From contig JASCQW010000132.1 of NCBI GenBank assembly GCA_030264375.1, positions 36,977,329 through 37,041,328 on the forward strand: a DNA stretch of 64,000 nucleotides, in the 5' to 3' direction. The notes beneath the pieces are model-generated. The model was not told where the DNA came from and ran no database searches. It was given only the letters and a program-made list of their open reading frames with translations. Of this stretch, positions 47,501-61,049 are shown in pieces (position 1 is the first letter of the stretch; each line of letters starts with the position of its first letter). This stretch comes from Carcharhinus longimanus. Taxonomy: Eukaryota. Made by a program: the position numbers and the translations under genes.

Positions 47501-50500
47501 GGAGCCTGGAGTATTCGCACGTTAAATTTAGAGTGTTTTTAAAACTCCCAATTTTGAGAACAAACAGGCTAGTTTCATTAATCTGCGATTGGTATTCCCA
47601 GAGACAGCAAAGGACCCAGCAGGGGAACAGACGCTAGTGACACGTGGGGTCGGGATATTTTCCAAAAGTGGAGGCGTGTTAATTCTTTACTTTCAGCGGC
47701 CCTCTACCCACACTCTTGTGTTGCAGTCACGCTTCGCCTCTGAATATTTTTTTCTTAAATAATGTAATATAGGTGTACGTACTACAAAACATTCAGTTGT
47801 GCTAATGATTCAACTACGAGATTGCAATAAAGTCAATCACTTGGCAGTATTACTGTGTTTTATCATTTAACCACACAAACAAGATTTATGTTTTAACTGT
47901 GGGTGATTGAGACTCTGCTATAAGAGGAAACAGGGACAAAGTGAATCTGTGTGTTAGGAAAAAAAGTTGGAATGCTCCTTCCTATCGTAAAAAAATATAA
48001 ACTCTGCAGAACCTGAAACGTGTTTATAGGAGCCATCGGTTGATTAGACCGACTCGCAATTAATGCAGTTCATGACTTTGGCTGAACTATTACAGTCTTT
48101 TGTTGAAAGAAGATAATTGTTTCTGTAAAATGGTGCAGGTCACAATGAAACATCCGTTTTAGGCATGCGAAAAATATTGGAGTTTGTCGAGGAGTGTTTT
48201 CGTGTCCTGTTTAATCACTCATCATACACCCCTCTTGCTTCTTGTACCAGTTTGTTGTCTTTACTCATGGAATCCTTTTTTTCTTAAACTGTAAATGGAT
48301 GAAGGTTGACTTGCTTGGTGCAAATAAAGAGATAAGCCCAAGCTTCAATAAAAGGTAAACGGAACCGCTCAGAAAATCTGTTTAGGCCGGATCTCTTAAA
48401 CATGCCCTTTAACGATCTGTTCGATCTTATCGGTGCCAGTTTTCGGTAACAGTCGATAGAAAGTTTGAATGATTGGTTTTCTACTCCGAGAGGACAGCAG
48501 GTCTTTAGGAAATTCTCGAGGTTTTCTTGTTTACGTTGAATTAATTGTAGAATTAGAGCTTTCCCCCCATCCCCCCCGTAATCAGTTGTGTGTTTACATC
48601 CCATAAAAACAAGTGATCTAGACCGACGGAAGCACCGGAGACGTTAATCTTTCTCTATACTTGTTAATTTTTTTTCCACAACAACCTACACTCGCTTTAG
48701 CTACTGTAAAATCTGCATTGTGTACTTGTTCTATTATATCTCGGTCACAAGTAGCATTGTAGCTCTTAAACATATCTTTCGAGAAATAGGCTCTATAGAC
48801 GAAGATGTAATTTCTGACTTTTAATAGGATGGATATTTGCAGATATGAAATAAATAAAAACTATATGGTTCATGTAGCAAGCTTGTTTTCGAGCTACCCG
48901 CTAAACTTAAAAGTAAAAACCACACAACAGCAAAGAGGTCAATCCCATCAAAATAAAACGTAGGTTATATAGACTAAAATAAAGGATATATTACATNNNN
49001 NNNNNNNNNNNNNNNNNNNNNNNNNNNNNNNNNNNNNNNNNNNNNNNNNNNNNNNNNNNNNNNNNNNNNNNNNNNNNNNNNNNNNNNNNNNAGGGGTGGC
49101 AATCACAGCAAAGAACACAAGACCTTCCAATGAATTGGCAAGTTATCGGCAGTATCTAAAGAGATTCTGGGCAAAAACAATTAAATTATAGTTTCTTTGT
49201 GATTAATTTATATTCCTGCATTGGGCTTCCCCCGCTTAAACATCAATTGCATTATATATTAGCTCTGTGTAAAAGTGTGGAAGCTTTCGTCCTTTTTTTC
49301 TTTAAACTTTAAAAAATGACTTTTTGTTTTACAGTATTCGGGTCTGCTAGACTTTAGTAATGCGTCAAAACCGAACTTTTTTTTGTTTTGCAATGGTAAC
49401 ATTGCTGTTTTTTACAAAATACATTACACAATTTAATCTGGAAATAAAGACCTAGGTGGGAACTCAGAAGTAGAAATCAATTTTCACTTTAAAATATATT
49501 GCTATCAATTATGAGACAGGGCGTTATTGTCACTGCCACTAGTCTCTCACAAATAACGTGGTTATAGTTTGCTAGGAATTTTGATGCGAAGAACTGTTAT
49601 GCACTAAGGACGAAAAGAAGATTTTATGCACCTATCATTTGTGCTAGATGTGGCAGGGATCATAATCTGGGTTACGACTGATGCTCACAGTTTGTGAGAA
49701 ACTGCCCAAAGTCTAGGACTGCACGTTCGTCTGTATGCTCAAATATCCTTTTGTATTGCAGAAAATAGGGGATTTAAATATCATACACAATTATAAATTT
49801 AAGAGACACCATCAGCTCTCTCCGAAACTCAGGGGTTAGAACAAACAAGCTGGATCTACATCAATGGTTTTCTCTTTGTTCTGACTCCACACCGAACAGC
49901 TGCTTTGGCGAACTCTGCATTTCCACTTCATGTTCGGCGTTAAAGTGCTAGCCGTTGATCCAATTTTATTCTTAGATAGAACTAGACAATGAGTATAATG
50001 TGTTTTTAATAGTCTCAACTGGTTCAAAAATAAACTGCATTTCCCACTCTTTAGAACAATGAAAAAAAACCAAGCAGATTGGTTTCGAGTAAGCTCGGTG
50101 CATGTTTTATACCCGGCGCACTGATAAAACACAGCATGGAGAAAGGCTGGCACGGAAATAAGACATCCAGCACACCGAGTCCACTCTTTTCATAATATTG
50201 TGTACAATTTAAACTGTCGTGGCCTCTCCTAGAAATATTAATATCCTGAGCAGGATAAACAATCACAGGTAAAATATTTAAGAAAGGAAGAGAGAAGAAA
50301 GATGACATATATTCCTGACCACCCACCGTTGCCCGGTGGTCGCAATTGTGATACCTTGTATTAAGGAACGACGTGAGCCCAAATTCAACATACTTTGAAG
50401 TATACACCATTTTTTATCAAGCACCCATGATAAAAAAAAGAAATTGGAAAGCATTGTGTTGGATTATCCCTTATCTTAAATACGTATTCTGGGAAATATA

Positions 50501-53500
50501 TTTTGGCGAAGAAGGTATTTTGTAACACTTGCTAATTTGAGGAGTGCGATCATTTAGCGAAAACTCGCTTTCATTTATCAGATGCTTGGGAATGGTGTAA
50601 TACCAAACCCCTCTCAGCTAAGTTCTGCAGATTCCCTTTGGAGTTTGGAGAAAAGGAAAGGTTAACATTTGTTTTTGGAGGCAACCCCAACAAATGGGAT
50701 TAGCAAAATAGCAATAAAATTTCCTGTTTTGCATGCATAGAGATTTGTGACAAAGAGGCATATTCAAATTGGAAGTTGAAGCCGAAAATTAAATTGGAAT
50801 GACCTTACTCTAAAACCTGCTGAAGTCAGTGTCAACTAATATAATTGCAGAGTGAGGCGNNNNNNNNNNNNNNNNNNNNNNNNNNNNNNNNNNNNNNNNN
50901 NNNNNNNNNNNNNNNNNNNNNNNNNNNNNNNNNNNNNNNNNNNNNNNNNNNNNNNNNNNNNNNNNNNNNNNNNNNNNNNNNNNNNNNNNNNNNNNNNNNN
51001 NNNNNNNNNNNNNNNNNGAGAGCAATACCTGGAATCAGAGTCACAATCTAGGGTGAATGACAGAACTCCACAATGAATGAAAGAAAAGGGCACTTAAGGT
51101 TCAGTGGCTTGTATGATGAACTTTTGTAAACTCGAAATAAACCCGAGCCGTGAGGTACGCCAAAATGTGCTGTCGTGTTGACCAGGAGCCAACATTCCTT
51201 CAACTTCTGTATCAACGCTCACATTGTGATTAAACGTGGACGATCCTTTAAGCTGTTTAATATACTGCACATTTATCTATCCACCGGAAAGATAAACGCT
51301 TCTGGCATCTGCATGTTCTGGCTGTCGGATTTTACTTAACAAATAAGAAGATGGACCTGATATCCTGCTATAGAATGATATATAAATACACCATCTCTCT
51401 CTAAAGAGTTCCACACTGTTTGTAAGGTCGACATTTTACTGTGTTCACTGTTAATTCATGCAGTAGATATTCTGCAGGAAGCCACCTCACCTAAGTATTG
51501 ATATTTGGAAAACTTCGGATTCTCCCTCTTAATTTAATACACAAACCTTTCTAAAATAGTAAGACTTTAAACATAGTCTCCAGTCAACGTAGCCGAATAA
51601 TGAACAGCATTCACGTTCACTTTCCAGCAACCTTTGCAAAAATCCAGAAACAGACGCAAGCATCTGGCAGGGCGTACAGCATACTTCAGAATTCACTATT
51701 GTTACCAGACACCTTTAACAACTTATTTAAAGGACAAAATCCAAAGATGGCGAGTATGTTTGGACTTGTAGCTTTATCTTCTTTGACTGAATTATTTTGG
51801 AAATCCATTAAAGCTCTCGAGAAGGCAGGAACTAGAAAGCACATGACAAGGATTCTACCCCAGATAACCAAAGATAAGAATGATAAGAACAAACAAAAGA
51901 GTACACATAACAACTATTATACCAGAGGGAAATTCCGGTTGGATATTCAAATCTTTGAGCTGCATTTAAAGAGAAGGCGAAGACTTAAAAGTCATGTACT
52001 AGTCCTATAGATTGGCTTCCAGAATCAGCGTATACATTCATTTGGAGAAACTTTTGTATATTTATCCGGTGTGTAAAACCCTAATTACCGACGTCGCCAG
52101 AAAATGCCAGTCCTTATCATTCCACATAGTCGGTAAATAGTGTGAGATCAGGTATCTTCCTAATGATGTCCGAACTCACAACCGCCGCTTTCCCTACATT
52201 TGCAACCTTGGAAAAAGAAAACGGAATTAAATATCTGATATGAGGCAGTGTCTCGCATTGCTTTAATGAGATGTACCACACTGCTTCTATTGGGTTTCCC
52301 GTCTGCATTCATTGTCCTTTCCAGTGGCTTGATTTAAATAAACCCAGAGTAGTCTCAAAACGTGCTGAGTAAACACGGTTCTGTTTGTAAAGCGGCAGGC
52401 AACATCTCTAGCTGAAAGATTGGGACTTTTTTCCCCCTCTCTCTCTTGGATTTAACAAAATAATGACCTACATTACGAATGAGTGATCAGACGGCCATTT
52501 CATTGTAAGTTAATATAAGAGGAAAAGCAGTGACGTTGGACACAAACAATGGCATTCTGAATCAGCTCCTTTGATTGACGTTTGGGCTGCCCGACCTCGG
52601 GGAATAGGTTTCATTACGGAGAAGCACGCGAACATTAGGTAGGATTATTATATGTTTTAGGCCAGCTTTACAGCCCTTAATTTTATTTCAATATCACACA
52701 TATCCAAAAACCAAAAAAAAAGTGGCGGATTGCGGCAGTAAGAAAAAAAACCAAAATAAAATGCAACGCCGCGATTTGGATACAACGTTCCTGTATTTGG
52801 CAGGAATACATTCAGTGCTTTCGAACGGTAAAGTAAGGCGTGATTTAAAAAAAATTAATAAAATTTGTTATTTGCGCCACCCTAATGAATTCACGGCGAG
52901 ACCAGCCCCGTGTTTTACACGACTTCATAAAAGAGGCTTAACTTCCCCTTAATTCACAGGAGAAGTATTCAATCCGATTTTCCAGAACTTATTTTTAGGA
53001 AAGGCGTGTTGGGAAAGTACATTTTCCAAAGTCCCAGTAAATTCGGTCACCTGGATCGGCGAGAGTCAGGGATCAGCGGGATTCGCTATTCCTAAGAAAT
53101 CACAGTCACCAACTCTGAGGGTCACCCAATTTTTCTTTTTTTTTAAAAAAGTGACACACAGTTCACCAAAGTGCCAATTTTTGTTCCACCTCCCCCTTTA
53201 TTTTTACTTCAAAGCTCTTCCTCCTGAATCGTGGGTAACTCAGGGCAGAGAAACGACAATGGGGTTGATGCTGAAATCTTTGACTTTTTAACAGTTTTAT
53301 CGCTGTGATTTCACTTGAGGGTTCACGAGCTGGTCATAAACTAAACCCTCCTGGTCACGTTAACAGCATCACGAATCGCAGAAAGGGGCAGCGTTAACTC
53401 AGAAGGGGAGAGAGAAAGAGAGAGAGAGATGGGAAGAATCCCTGCCACACGCAGAATATTCCCATTCTCCTAACTTCATTTGGAAGGATTAACTTGCACT

Positions 53501-55634
53501 AACTGTTTTACAGTTAAATCGCTCTCGAGATGAGAAAATCTCCGCGTGAGCTGCATCTGGTTGGACATGTGAACACGTCGCGACACATGTTTAACTTCGC
53601 CTTTCGAAACGGTTTCAAGAGTAGAAGTGGTTTTATATCCGGCGGTTGTCGCCTATCATTACTTGTGGATCACCCTCCTCATTACTTGTGGATTCCCCCG
53701 ATAGCCCCCCACCCCCGTCCCTTTTTGTTCTGCTGGATTATATTGCTGTAAATCGCAGGAGCGGTTAAATAAGCACACATGTCCCTTTCAGGAGAACAAA
53801 CCTGCAGCACCCCATTCCGGAGAGAAAGGGAACTGCGGAGAGGCGCCTGCAGTCACACTGGTCACAATTTAACCCCTTCCAGCTCACACATTTGCCGAGC
53901 GATACATTTTATTGAATGCCTTCTCTTGTATCATTTTAAAACCACAAAATCAAAATTAGACTGATAATACTTGATCTCTTCCGATATATAAATAAAAACA
54001 GTCTCGAAGACTTTACACAGGCTAACTTGATATATTCGTAATTAATGTTATGAGTCAGAACCGTGTTGACAAAAATGTTTAAAAAAAACTTCCAGTTCGC
54101 AGCATTGACTTTTTTTCCTCGCCCCTATTCCAAATGTTTTACAAGTGCTTTAGATTGAAATAAAACATTAATCTGAGACTGCAAGCGGGGCGTGAACAGA
54201 ATGGAAAGAAAATGACCCCAAAACGTGTCTGATGGGTAATTACGGGAAGCAGGTTGAGATTCCGAATCGCTGAGGAAGGAAGCCCCATGTACTTCACAGG
54301 CTTCCTGCATCTCGCCAAGAATCTCTAATCCATATCTTTTATCCAAATCAGGAGCCCGGAGTTCCGCGGATCATCTCAGACCACGTCAGCTGCTGTACGA
54401 ATTTGTAGAGTTGCGGCGAAATGCAAACACCGTTAACAATAATTCCAAATTCCTCCGTAGTAAGTATTGATTTCTGGTTTATTTTCAAAATAAAGAATTT
54501 GAACACCCCTCCAGCTGTTTCAGCTGCTGTTAAAATGAGCGGAGTCCCTCAGCGATAGGATCAGTGGGCATGGTAACCTTTAAGGACTGGTGTTAAAGCG
54601 CACAATACAACTCTACATGCTAGTCCTCTCCACACTTCTAGTATTTGACCCTCATGAAAGCCCGGTTCACACTTTTAAAAGTTTAGAATCCAATTATGAA
54701 CCAGACGGGGGTCAAAATAAGAACATTTTGCATCCTAAATTGGCGTATTACATACACATCGAGACAATTTTATTACCGGTTTCAACTGCAGAACCTAATT
54801 TATAACTACCGAATGCATATTCGCCAATGAAAATTTTACAAAAAATAACAATCTTGCAAACAATCTGGGAAGGAATTCAATACAAAACGCAGTCGATGGA
54901 TTAACTTCGCGCAATAAAGGCTATCTTTGCCATTGAACATCCTGAAATTCAACACGTTGAAATTCGTCAACCTTTCTCTTAAATAGCAACGAATCTGAAA
55001 CAAGGACCCACGTGTAGTCTAAAAAGTATATGGAACCGTAGAGGTTTGGCGCACAAAGGGAGGCCACCCTGCCTGCGTCTGCCCTTCGCCAGAGCAATAT
55101 TTATTAATTTAAAAGTGCGTTACTTGTGGTCAGCATACCGTCTATGTGACATTGCATTCAAACAAGTAACCAAACTCCCAACCACGCATGCAGGAAGTAT
55201 ATGCTGTTACATTTGCAATTCGCACGAATTTCCCGCGGGCATGTTAAATGCTTTTAAGTCTATTTAGTATCACGACCTGCACTTATTCCATTTATCATTT
55301 CATACCAAGCGTCACATTTTATTTCTACAACCTCAGGAATGTTATTACTAGGTAGTCAAGTGAAGTGCATGTGTTTCTTCATTTTATGTGCAGTTCCACA
55401 AAATAGCCTTGGACTTGCCGGTGAATACACTTGCCAGGATGATAAAACGCTGTAATGACAAAAAAGATCAAACTGCACTTTTAGATGTTCAGATGTGCTA
55501 ACGTGGTGGTAAAAATCAAAGAAGATATTAACATTCAATAACAATTTAAAATGATAAAATAATGTCCACAGAACAACTGGGGTAAACTTTCTCGTGCTTG
55601 CTATGTGCGAACATCAAAAACATTCTTGAAAGAT

Positions 55635-55898
55635 GTTTAAGATATTAATCTATTAGTGTCACAAGTAGGCTTACATTAGCAGTGCAATGAAGTTACTGTG
55701 AAAATCGGCTAGTCGCCACACTCCAGCGCCTGTTCAGGGACAGGGAGGGAGAATTTAGCATGGCCAATGTACCTAAGCAGCATGCCTTTTGGACTGTGGG
55801 AGGAAACCGGAGCATCCGGTGGAAACTCATGCAGACACGAGGAGAATGTGCAGACTTCACACAGACAGTGACCCGAGCCTGGAGTCGAACCTGGGTCC
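55635..55898 (-). mobile_element. HE1-like V-SINE; marks the right edge of the TE-free block
   Basis: Clearly homologous to 6551-6812 (gtcacaagtaggcttacatt...gcaatgaagttactgtgaaa...ggaggaaaccggagca...gtcgaacctgggtcc). Confidence 0.85.
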
Positions 55899-56559
55899 AT
55901 GTTGATTTCAAGAACATTTAAAAATGGTAATCATAGGAACTGTTCTTGCTATGTTTATGATTTCACTGACATCGTGATTAGAAAAAGCAATCCTTTCCTA
56001 AGTGGCAAAATTCTTTTTAATGTATGTAAAATATCAACACATCTCTATTTGGGAAGATCAATAAACATAGGCTTTGGGCAATAAGAACAAAGTTCAGGTG
56101 ATGCACAAATGATCAGTCAGCATCTGTAACCAAAAACGGAAGGTTCTGAGTTTTTGAAGTCTTCATCAGTTTGAAGTGAAATGAGCTGTTCTTTGACTTT
56201 ACTGGTGTTGTCTGACTTACTGTTATGCACATATAGCATCTTTTTCCTATTAGCAGCAGTGAAGAACGAGCAGCCAACTGCTGTGTGCATCAAAGATCCT
56301 TTAATCTTTCTCAACTTAAAACTAAAACATTATAATTATAATAATTATAAAGATTATTATCGAAAAGAGGGACATGTTGCCAAAGATTTAACTTGCATTC
56401 ATCAGGACAAATACAAGAATGCCAAAATTTCAAACCATCACAACAATTTATACTACAGGAAAAGATTGTGCTGACTGGTTGACAAGTTGACTGATTGGCC
56501 AGAGCATTGCTATAAAGTAATGGAGAACTGTAGGTATCCAACCTCCAGCATAATTAAAA

Positions 56560-56760
56560 AAAAGGAATATAATAAGAAAAATTATGCAGTTAATTGTTAA
56601 TTTTAAAACTGCAGTGGTTAGGCTTTTGTTAGCCAAAAGTATCAGAGGATTTGGGGCAAAAGGTAAAAGGGGTATATAGCGTTTAGTCACAGTTCAGCCA
56701 TGATCTAATTGAATGGTGGAACAAGACCTAAATGGCCTACTCTTGTTCCATGTTCCTAAT
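56560..56760 (+). mobile_element. CR1 3' end fragment
   Basis: tcagccatgatctaattgaatggtggaacaag...aatggcctactcttgttccatgttcc matches 20520-20586. Confidence 0.6.
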
Positions 56761-57109
56761 GCTTACTTTTCAGGCTTTGATTACTGCTGTAGCAGTTCCT
56801 ATTTAATGACCCAAGACGCAAACAAAAAAAAACAGCCTTTTCTCCACTTTTGCTATCATTTGTCAATATGCTGTGGTAGGACTCCTTAGAGTAACACAAA
56901 CACAGCTGATAGTTTGTTAGTGCTTTCTCCCCTTCATGTTTTCCAATTACAGCAAAGAAATGTGCAAAGATTATCAGAGTTAAATACTTTATTTGGAAGC
57001 CTTTCAGCCAGTTAGTTGGTATTTAGCAGCTCACAGGTGAGCCCCTGAAGGTTTGGACATACAATCATAGCATGCTAGAGCATGCAAACGGAAACCAGAA
57101 TACAACTCA

Positions 57110-58060
57110 TCAAGTCAAACTCATTCAGTCAGTAATTTTACACACAAGTAACATAGTATAATCCTACCCTCCTGCTCACTCTTCATATCCTTTAATAGTC
57201 TTCCTTTAGAAGCAACTGTTCTCCCATTTTAAATAATTTCTGGATTCTGCTTGAACAATAATTTCTGGCAGAGAATTTTGCATCCTGAATATCATGTGTA
57301 ATTAATTTCTTAACCTTCAATTTTGTCGATGATGATTTTAATTTTAAGTCCCCATGTCGCTATTTCACCAACCAGTGGAAAAAAAACATTATTGATCTTC
57401 TCATGACCCTTCATAATCCTGAAGATTTTTAACTTCGTCCCATTTGTTTACTTTGAAGTCTATTTTCTATTTATTAGTTAGCCTAATTTTTTTTCTGTAA
57501 TTTACCATACTTCCAATTTGGTGTCAACAGTACATTTCAACATTCAATTTTTAATTCTAGATCATTTGTATATTTTACAAATAACAACGGGTTTAACAAA
57601 AACACCTGTGTAACATTACTTGCCACATCTTTTCAGCCCATGAGAAGCTTCGTTACTCCTACACTCTGCTTAATACCTATCAACATACTTTCCACGTGAC
57701 CATATTCCTCTTAATTACCCTCTGTTTCCACTTTACCAAATACTTCTGAAAATCCTTATAAGTCACTTGTGCCTCAATTCCTTTATCTCTCCTGTCTATT
57801 TTTCTTACTAGTTCAAAAAGTCTGGTCAATCTTGATCTTCCCTTTATGAATCCATGCTAGGAATCCATCCCGGATTAAGTCATGTTTTTCCAAGCGCTTA
57901 GCAATTTTATTCTGTGTCATAAGCACAAGCAGTTATCCAACACCCTCAAATGAAATTAACTGGCCTATGACTTCCCAACTTAACTGTGTTTCCTATCTTG
58001 AAGAAAAAAATCCACATTTGCCTTGCTCCAGTCCCTCAGCAATATTTTGTTACAATCCCT
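57110..58060 (-). mobile_element. Highly degraded CR1-like LINE
   Basis: cacctgtgtaacattacttgccac (reverse VASNVTQV, RT motif-like) and ttgatcttccctttatgaatccatgct (reverse QHGFIKGRS). Confidence 0.45.
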
Positions 58061-58842
58061 GTAGACACTGATAACTTTTAAAAAGATATTTGAATTTCTT
58101 GTGACTGACTGGAAGGATCACATGACAAGAATTAACATTTTAAAGATTTTTAAAGCTAAAAGCAACATTGCCTAAACAATATTAAGTAGGAAACTTATAC
58201 TGTAAACTACAGAGAAGATTCCCCAGTTAATTTTTGGAATGATCAAAAATAATTCATCCATGGTTATACATTACTCTATGCCTTAAGTGAACACTTCATT
58301 TTCTAGGAATCAGCCCAAGATATTCTTAGCTCCCGATGGCTTTCTTCATTTCCCCTTTGCTAACCAGATTACTTCTAATCCTTGAACTGACTTTAATAGT
58401 GGGGATTACCACAAAGATTCCTCCCTCTACTCTAGCTGGATCGTCCAGTCTCTTTCTCTCTTTTGGCTCTCTCAAGAAGTATTATAGAAAAAAACCTGCA
58501 ACCCAATCCCACAATTGCTTCCTATAGAATATTCCCTCCTAAGGCCCATTCCATGGATCATGAATCAGATAGATCTGGTATTGAGGTAGAAATGATAATT
58601 ATTTACTTTCTAAACCCTGAGCTCTGTTCTATAGACAGTTTTATTTACAAAACTTGACATTTCTAACATTTTCCAGTGAGAATTGCAGACTAAAATTCTA
58701 TCCAATCTCTAGTCAGGTGTAAACATCTTGCACCTTCTTCCCAGTAAATCATTGTCCCCGCAGCAACCAGGTCACCCACGCTTGTTGACAGCAATAGTCA
58801 GAGAAGACCACGTGACCCACTTCACTACTCCATTTACCTTAA

Positions 58843-58940
58843 ATGTGCAAACTCCACACAGACAGTGACCCAATCCAGGAATTGAACCTGGGTCCCTGGC
58901 GCTGTGAGGCAGCAGTGCTAACTATTGTGCCACCGTGCCA
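58843..58940 (-). mobile_element. 5' (tRNA-like) head of an HE1-like SINE
   Basis: atgtgcaaactccacacagacagtgaccc...gaattgaacctgggtccctggcgctgtgaggcagcagtgctaactattgtgccaccgtgcc, containing reverse A and B boxes. Confidence 0.8.
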
Positions 58941-60584
58941 TATCTCAGAATTTTTTGGGTGGAAAATTACTTGGTATCATTTTTATTCAAATAAACACCT
59001 CCAGTACAGTTTACCACCTACATCTGATGGATGTACAATCTGAATATCTACCTTCTCTGTGAAAACCAAAGAAAAATATTTATTTAGTTATCTGTCATTG
59101 TCATTCTACATTATAAGCTTGGCTCCTACAACCGTCAGTGGTTGCACTCTATCTTGGGCTATATTTAGTTAATATGCATGTAGAAAGGATTACATTAATT
59201 GCTTTTTGTGATTTTTTTCCTAATGTTTTTGAAAGACCTTAATCATTCTGATCTACCTTTCATAGATTTCTGATATGTTCAATAGAATAAAAATGTTGAG
59301 TGAATTTAACATTCTAAAGGTGATCATCTGTAAGTGACTAAATTGTAAACACTAGTTTGTATGTATCTGTCAAAATTATCCTTTGATTGAATCCTCAAAA
59401 TGAGCAGATAAAGTGGCAGGGTAGAACATATCTAGAAAAGCTGTTTTTATTGAACAAAAATAAGCAAACAAATCTCCATTATGGAAATATGTAGACAGAG
59501 GAAAAAACTCACCATTGTACAAGTTATAACGTCCATTTATTAAGTATTGAGCAGGTTTTTGCTCACCTTTCTGAGTAAATGTTCTGCTGCCATCTCAACT
59601 CTTTACAACTCAGCAAGTTTTGTGCACACCAGGGAAGTTCATGGCTTTGGTTCCCCTTCCACTGAGCAGGCTTTGACCCCCATTTCATGGTAGATAAGCT
59701 GGTCCAAGCAAACACCGGACTCCGAGGGGAATTGTCAGCATTTGATTAACAGTAAGAAAGGAAAATCAAGCCATGAATACCAACACCTTCTCTCCAACTG
59801 AAAGATCCCCAGCTGAGCAGGAAATATGAACCCCATTCTGCTGCACAGTTACTCTAGCCTGTATGATGAGAAGGGTCATGGATTGCACTCAAGCAATCCT
59901 GAAATTTCCTGTTCTTCATCTCCAACTTCATCTTCTTCCAGAAACTGAATCTTGTCGGTCTCTAGGGTTCCTGTGACCCTTGACAGTAGAATAGATCTGG
60001 ATTGTCTCTAGTGCCTGAACTGTATTGATGTCATTCGGTGCTGGTGGCTCTGTGCTATGGGGAAATGGAAGCTGCCAGGATTGCCTGCCCTGTTGCCACC
60101 ACTTGAACTAGGCAAAGTGTGGATGTAGTTATGAAGATATGAAGAAGATGAACACGAGCAAATGTTTCCATTTATTGAAGCAGAGATCTTGCATTGGGCT
60201 TTATTGTCTGATGAGCCTTCCCATACGTATTTGGAAATGATCAGTGGAAGATCAAAGTTGATATGCACAATTTAACACTCCTATGTGGCTCACAAACATT
60301 AACAACTTTGACACCAGTGCCCTAGTCTATCTTTAGTTTTGCATATCAATTTGGTAAGCTAGCAAAAACTGATGAGTAGCTTAAAAAATAGGCAGAAGCC
60401 TTAGAGCCTGACAATTGAAGACTGAAGCTGATTATATATTGTGAAAATAGCCGCCTAAACTGTAGGTTATTCAATTTTGAGTAAGCATAAAAAAAAGAAT
60501 AGATTACCATGAGCAAACCTGTGAGTCATATGTAAAATGCCAATCCAGCAAACAGTAGTCAGCATAGATTCTGGTTAGTTCTTT

Positions 60585-60940
60585 TTTTTATTCATTTGTT
60601 GGAATGGGTACCACTGGCTGGCCAGCATTTATTGCCCATCCCTAGTTCCCCGAGGGCATTTGAGTGTCAAGCACGTTGCTGTGGCTCTGGAGTCACATGT
60701 AGGCCAGACCAGTTAAAGATGACTGATGTCTTTCCCAAAAGGACATTAGTGAACCAGGTAGGTTTTTCCAATGATCAACAATGGTTTCATGGTCATCAAT
60801 AGATTTTTAATTCCAGGTTTTTTTTTAATTCAAATTCTACCATCCGCCATGACAGTATTCAAACCTGGGTCCCCAGAACATTAGCTGAGTTTCTGGATTA
60901 ATAGTCTGGTGATGATACCACTAAGCCATCATCTCCCCTA
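60585..60940 (-). mobile_element. tRNA-derived SINE of a second family
   Basis: Reverse B box attcaaacctgggtcccc (about 60857) and A-box region ataccactaagccatc. The tail cactggctggccagcatttattgcccatccctag is shared with 7560-7625. Confidence 0.7.
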
Positions 60941-61049
60941 CGAACTTGCTTAACCCCTTTGAGGAAATAGCACCCTAAACAGACCATGGAAAATTCCAAG
61001 ATGTGCTGTACTTTTGCTTCAAAAGGCTTTTGATGACATTTGTTAGTTA

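Noticed and set aside
51600-52010. 136-aa plus-strand ORF downstream of SKIDA1
   Set aside because: No recognisable domain or similarity, weak start context, and a length achievable by chance. Would need RNA-seq or conservation support.
58860-58940. tRNA-like A and B boxes here and at about 6770, 55880, 60857 and 63186
   Set aside because: They are SINE heads attached to SINE bodies, not complete cloverleaf tRNA genes.
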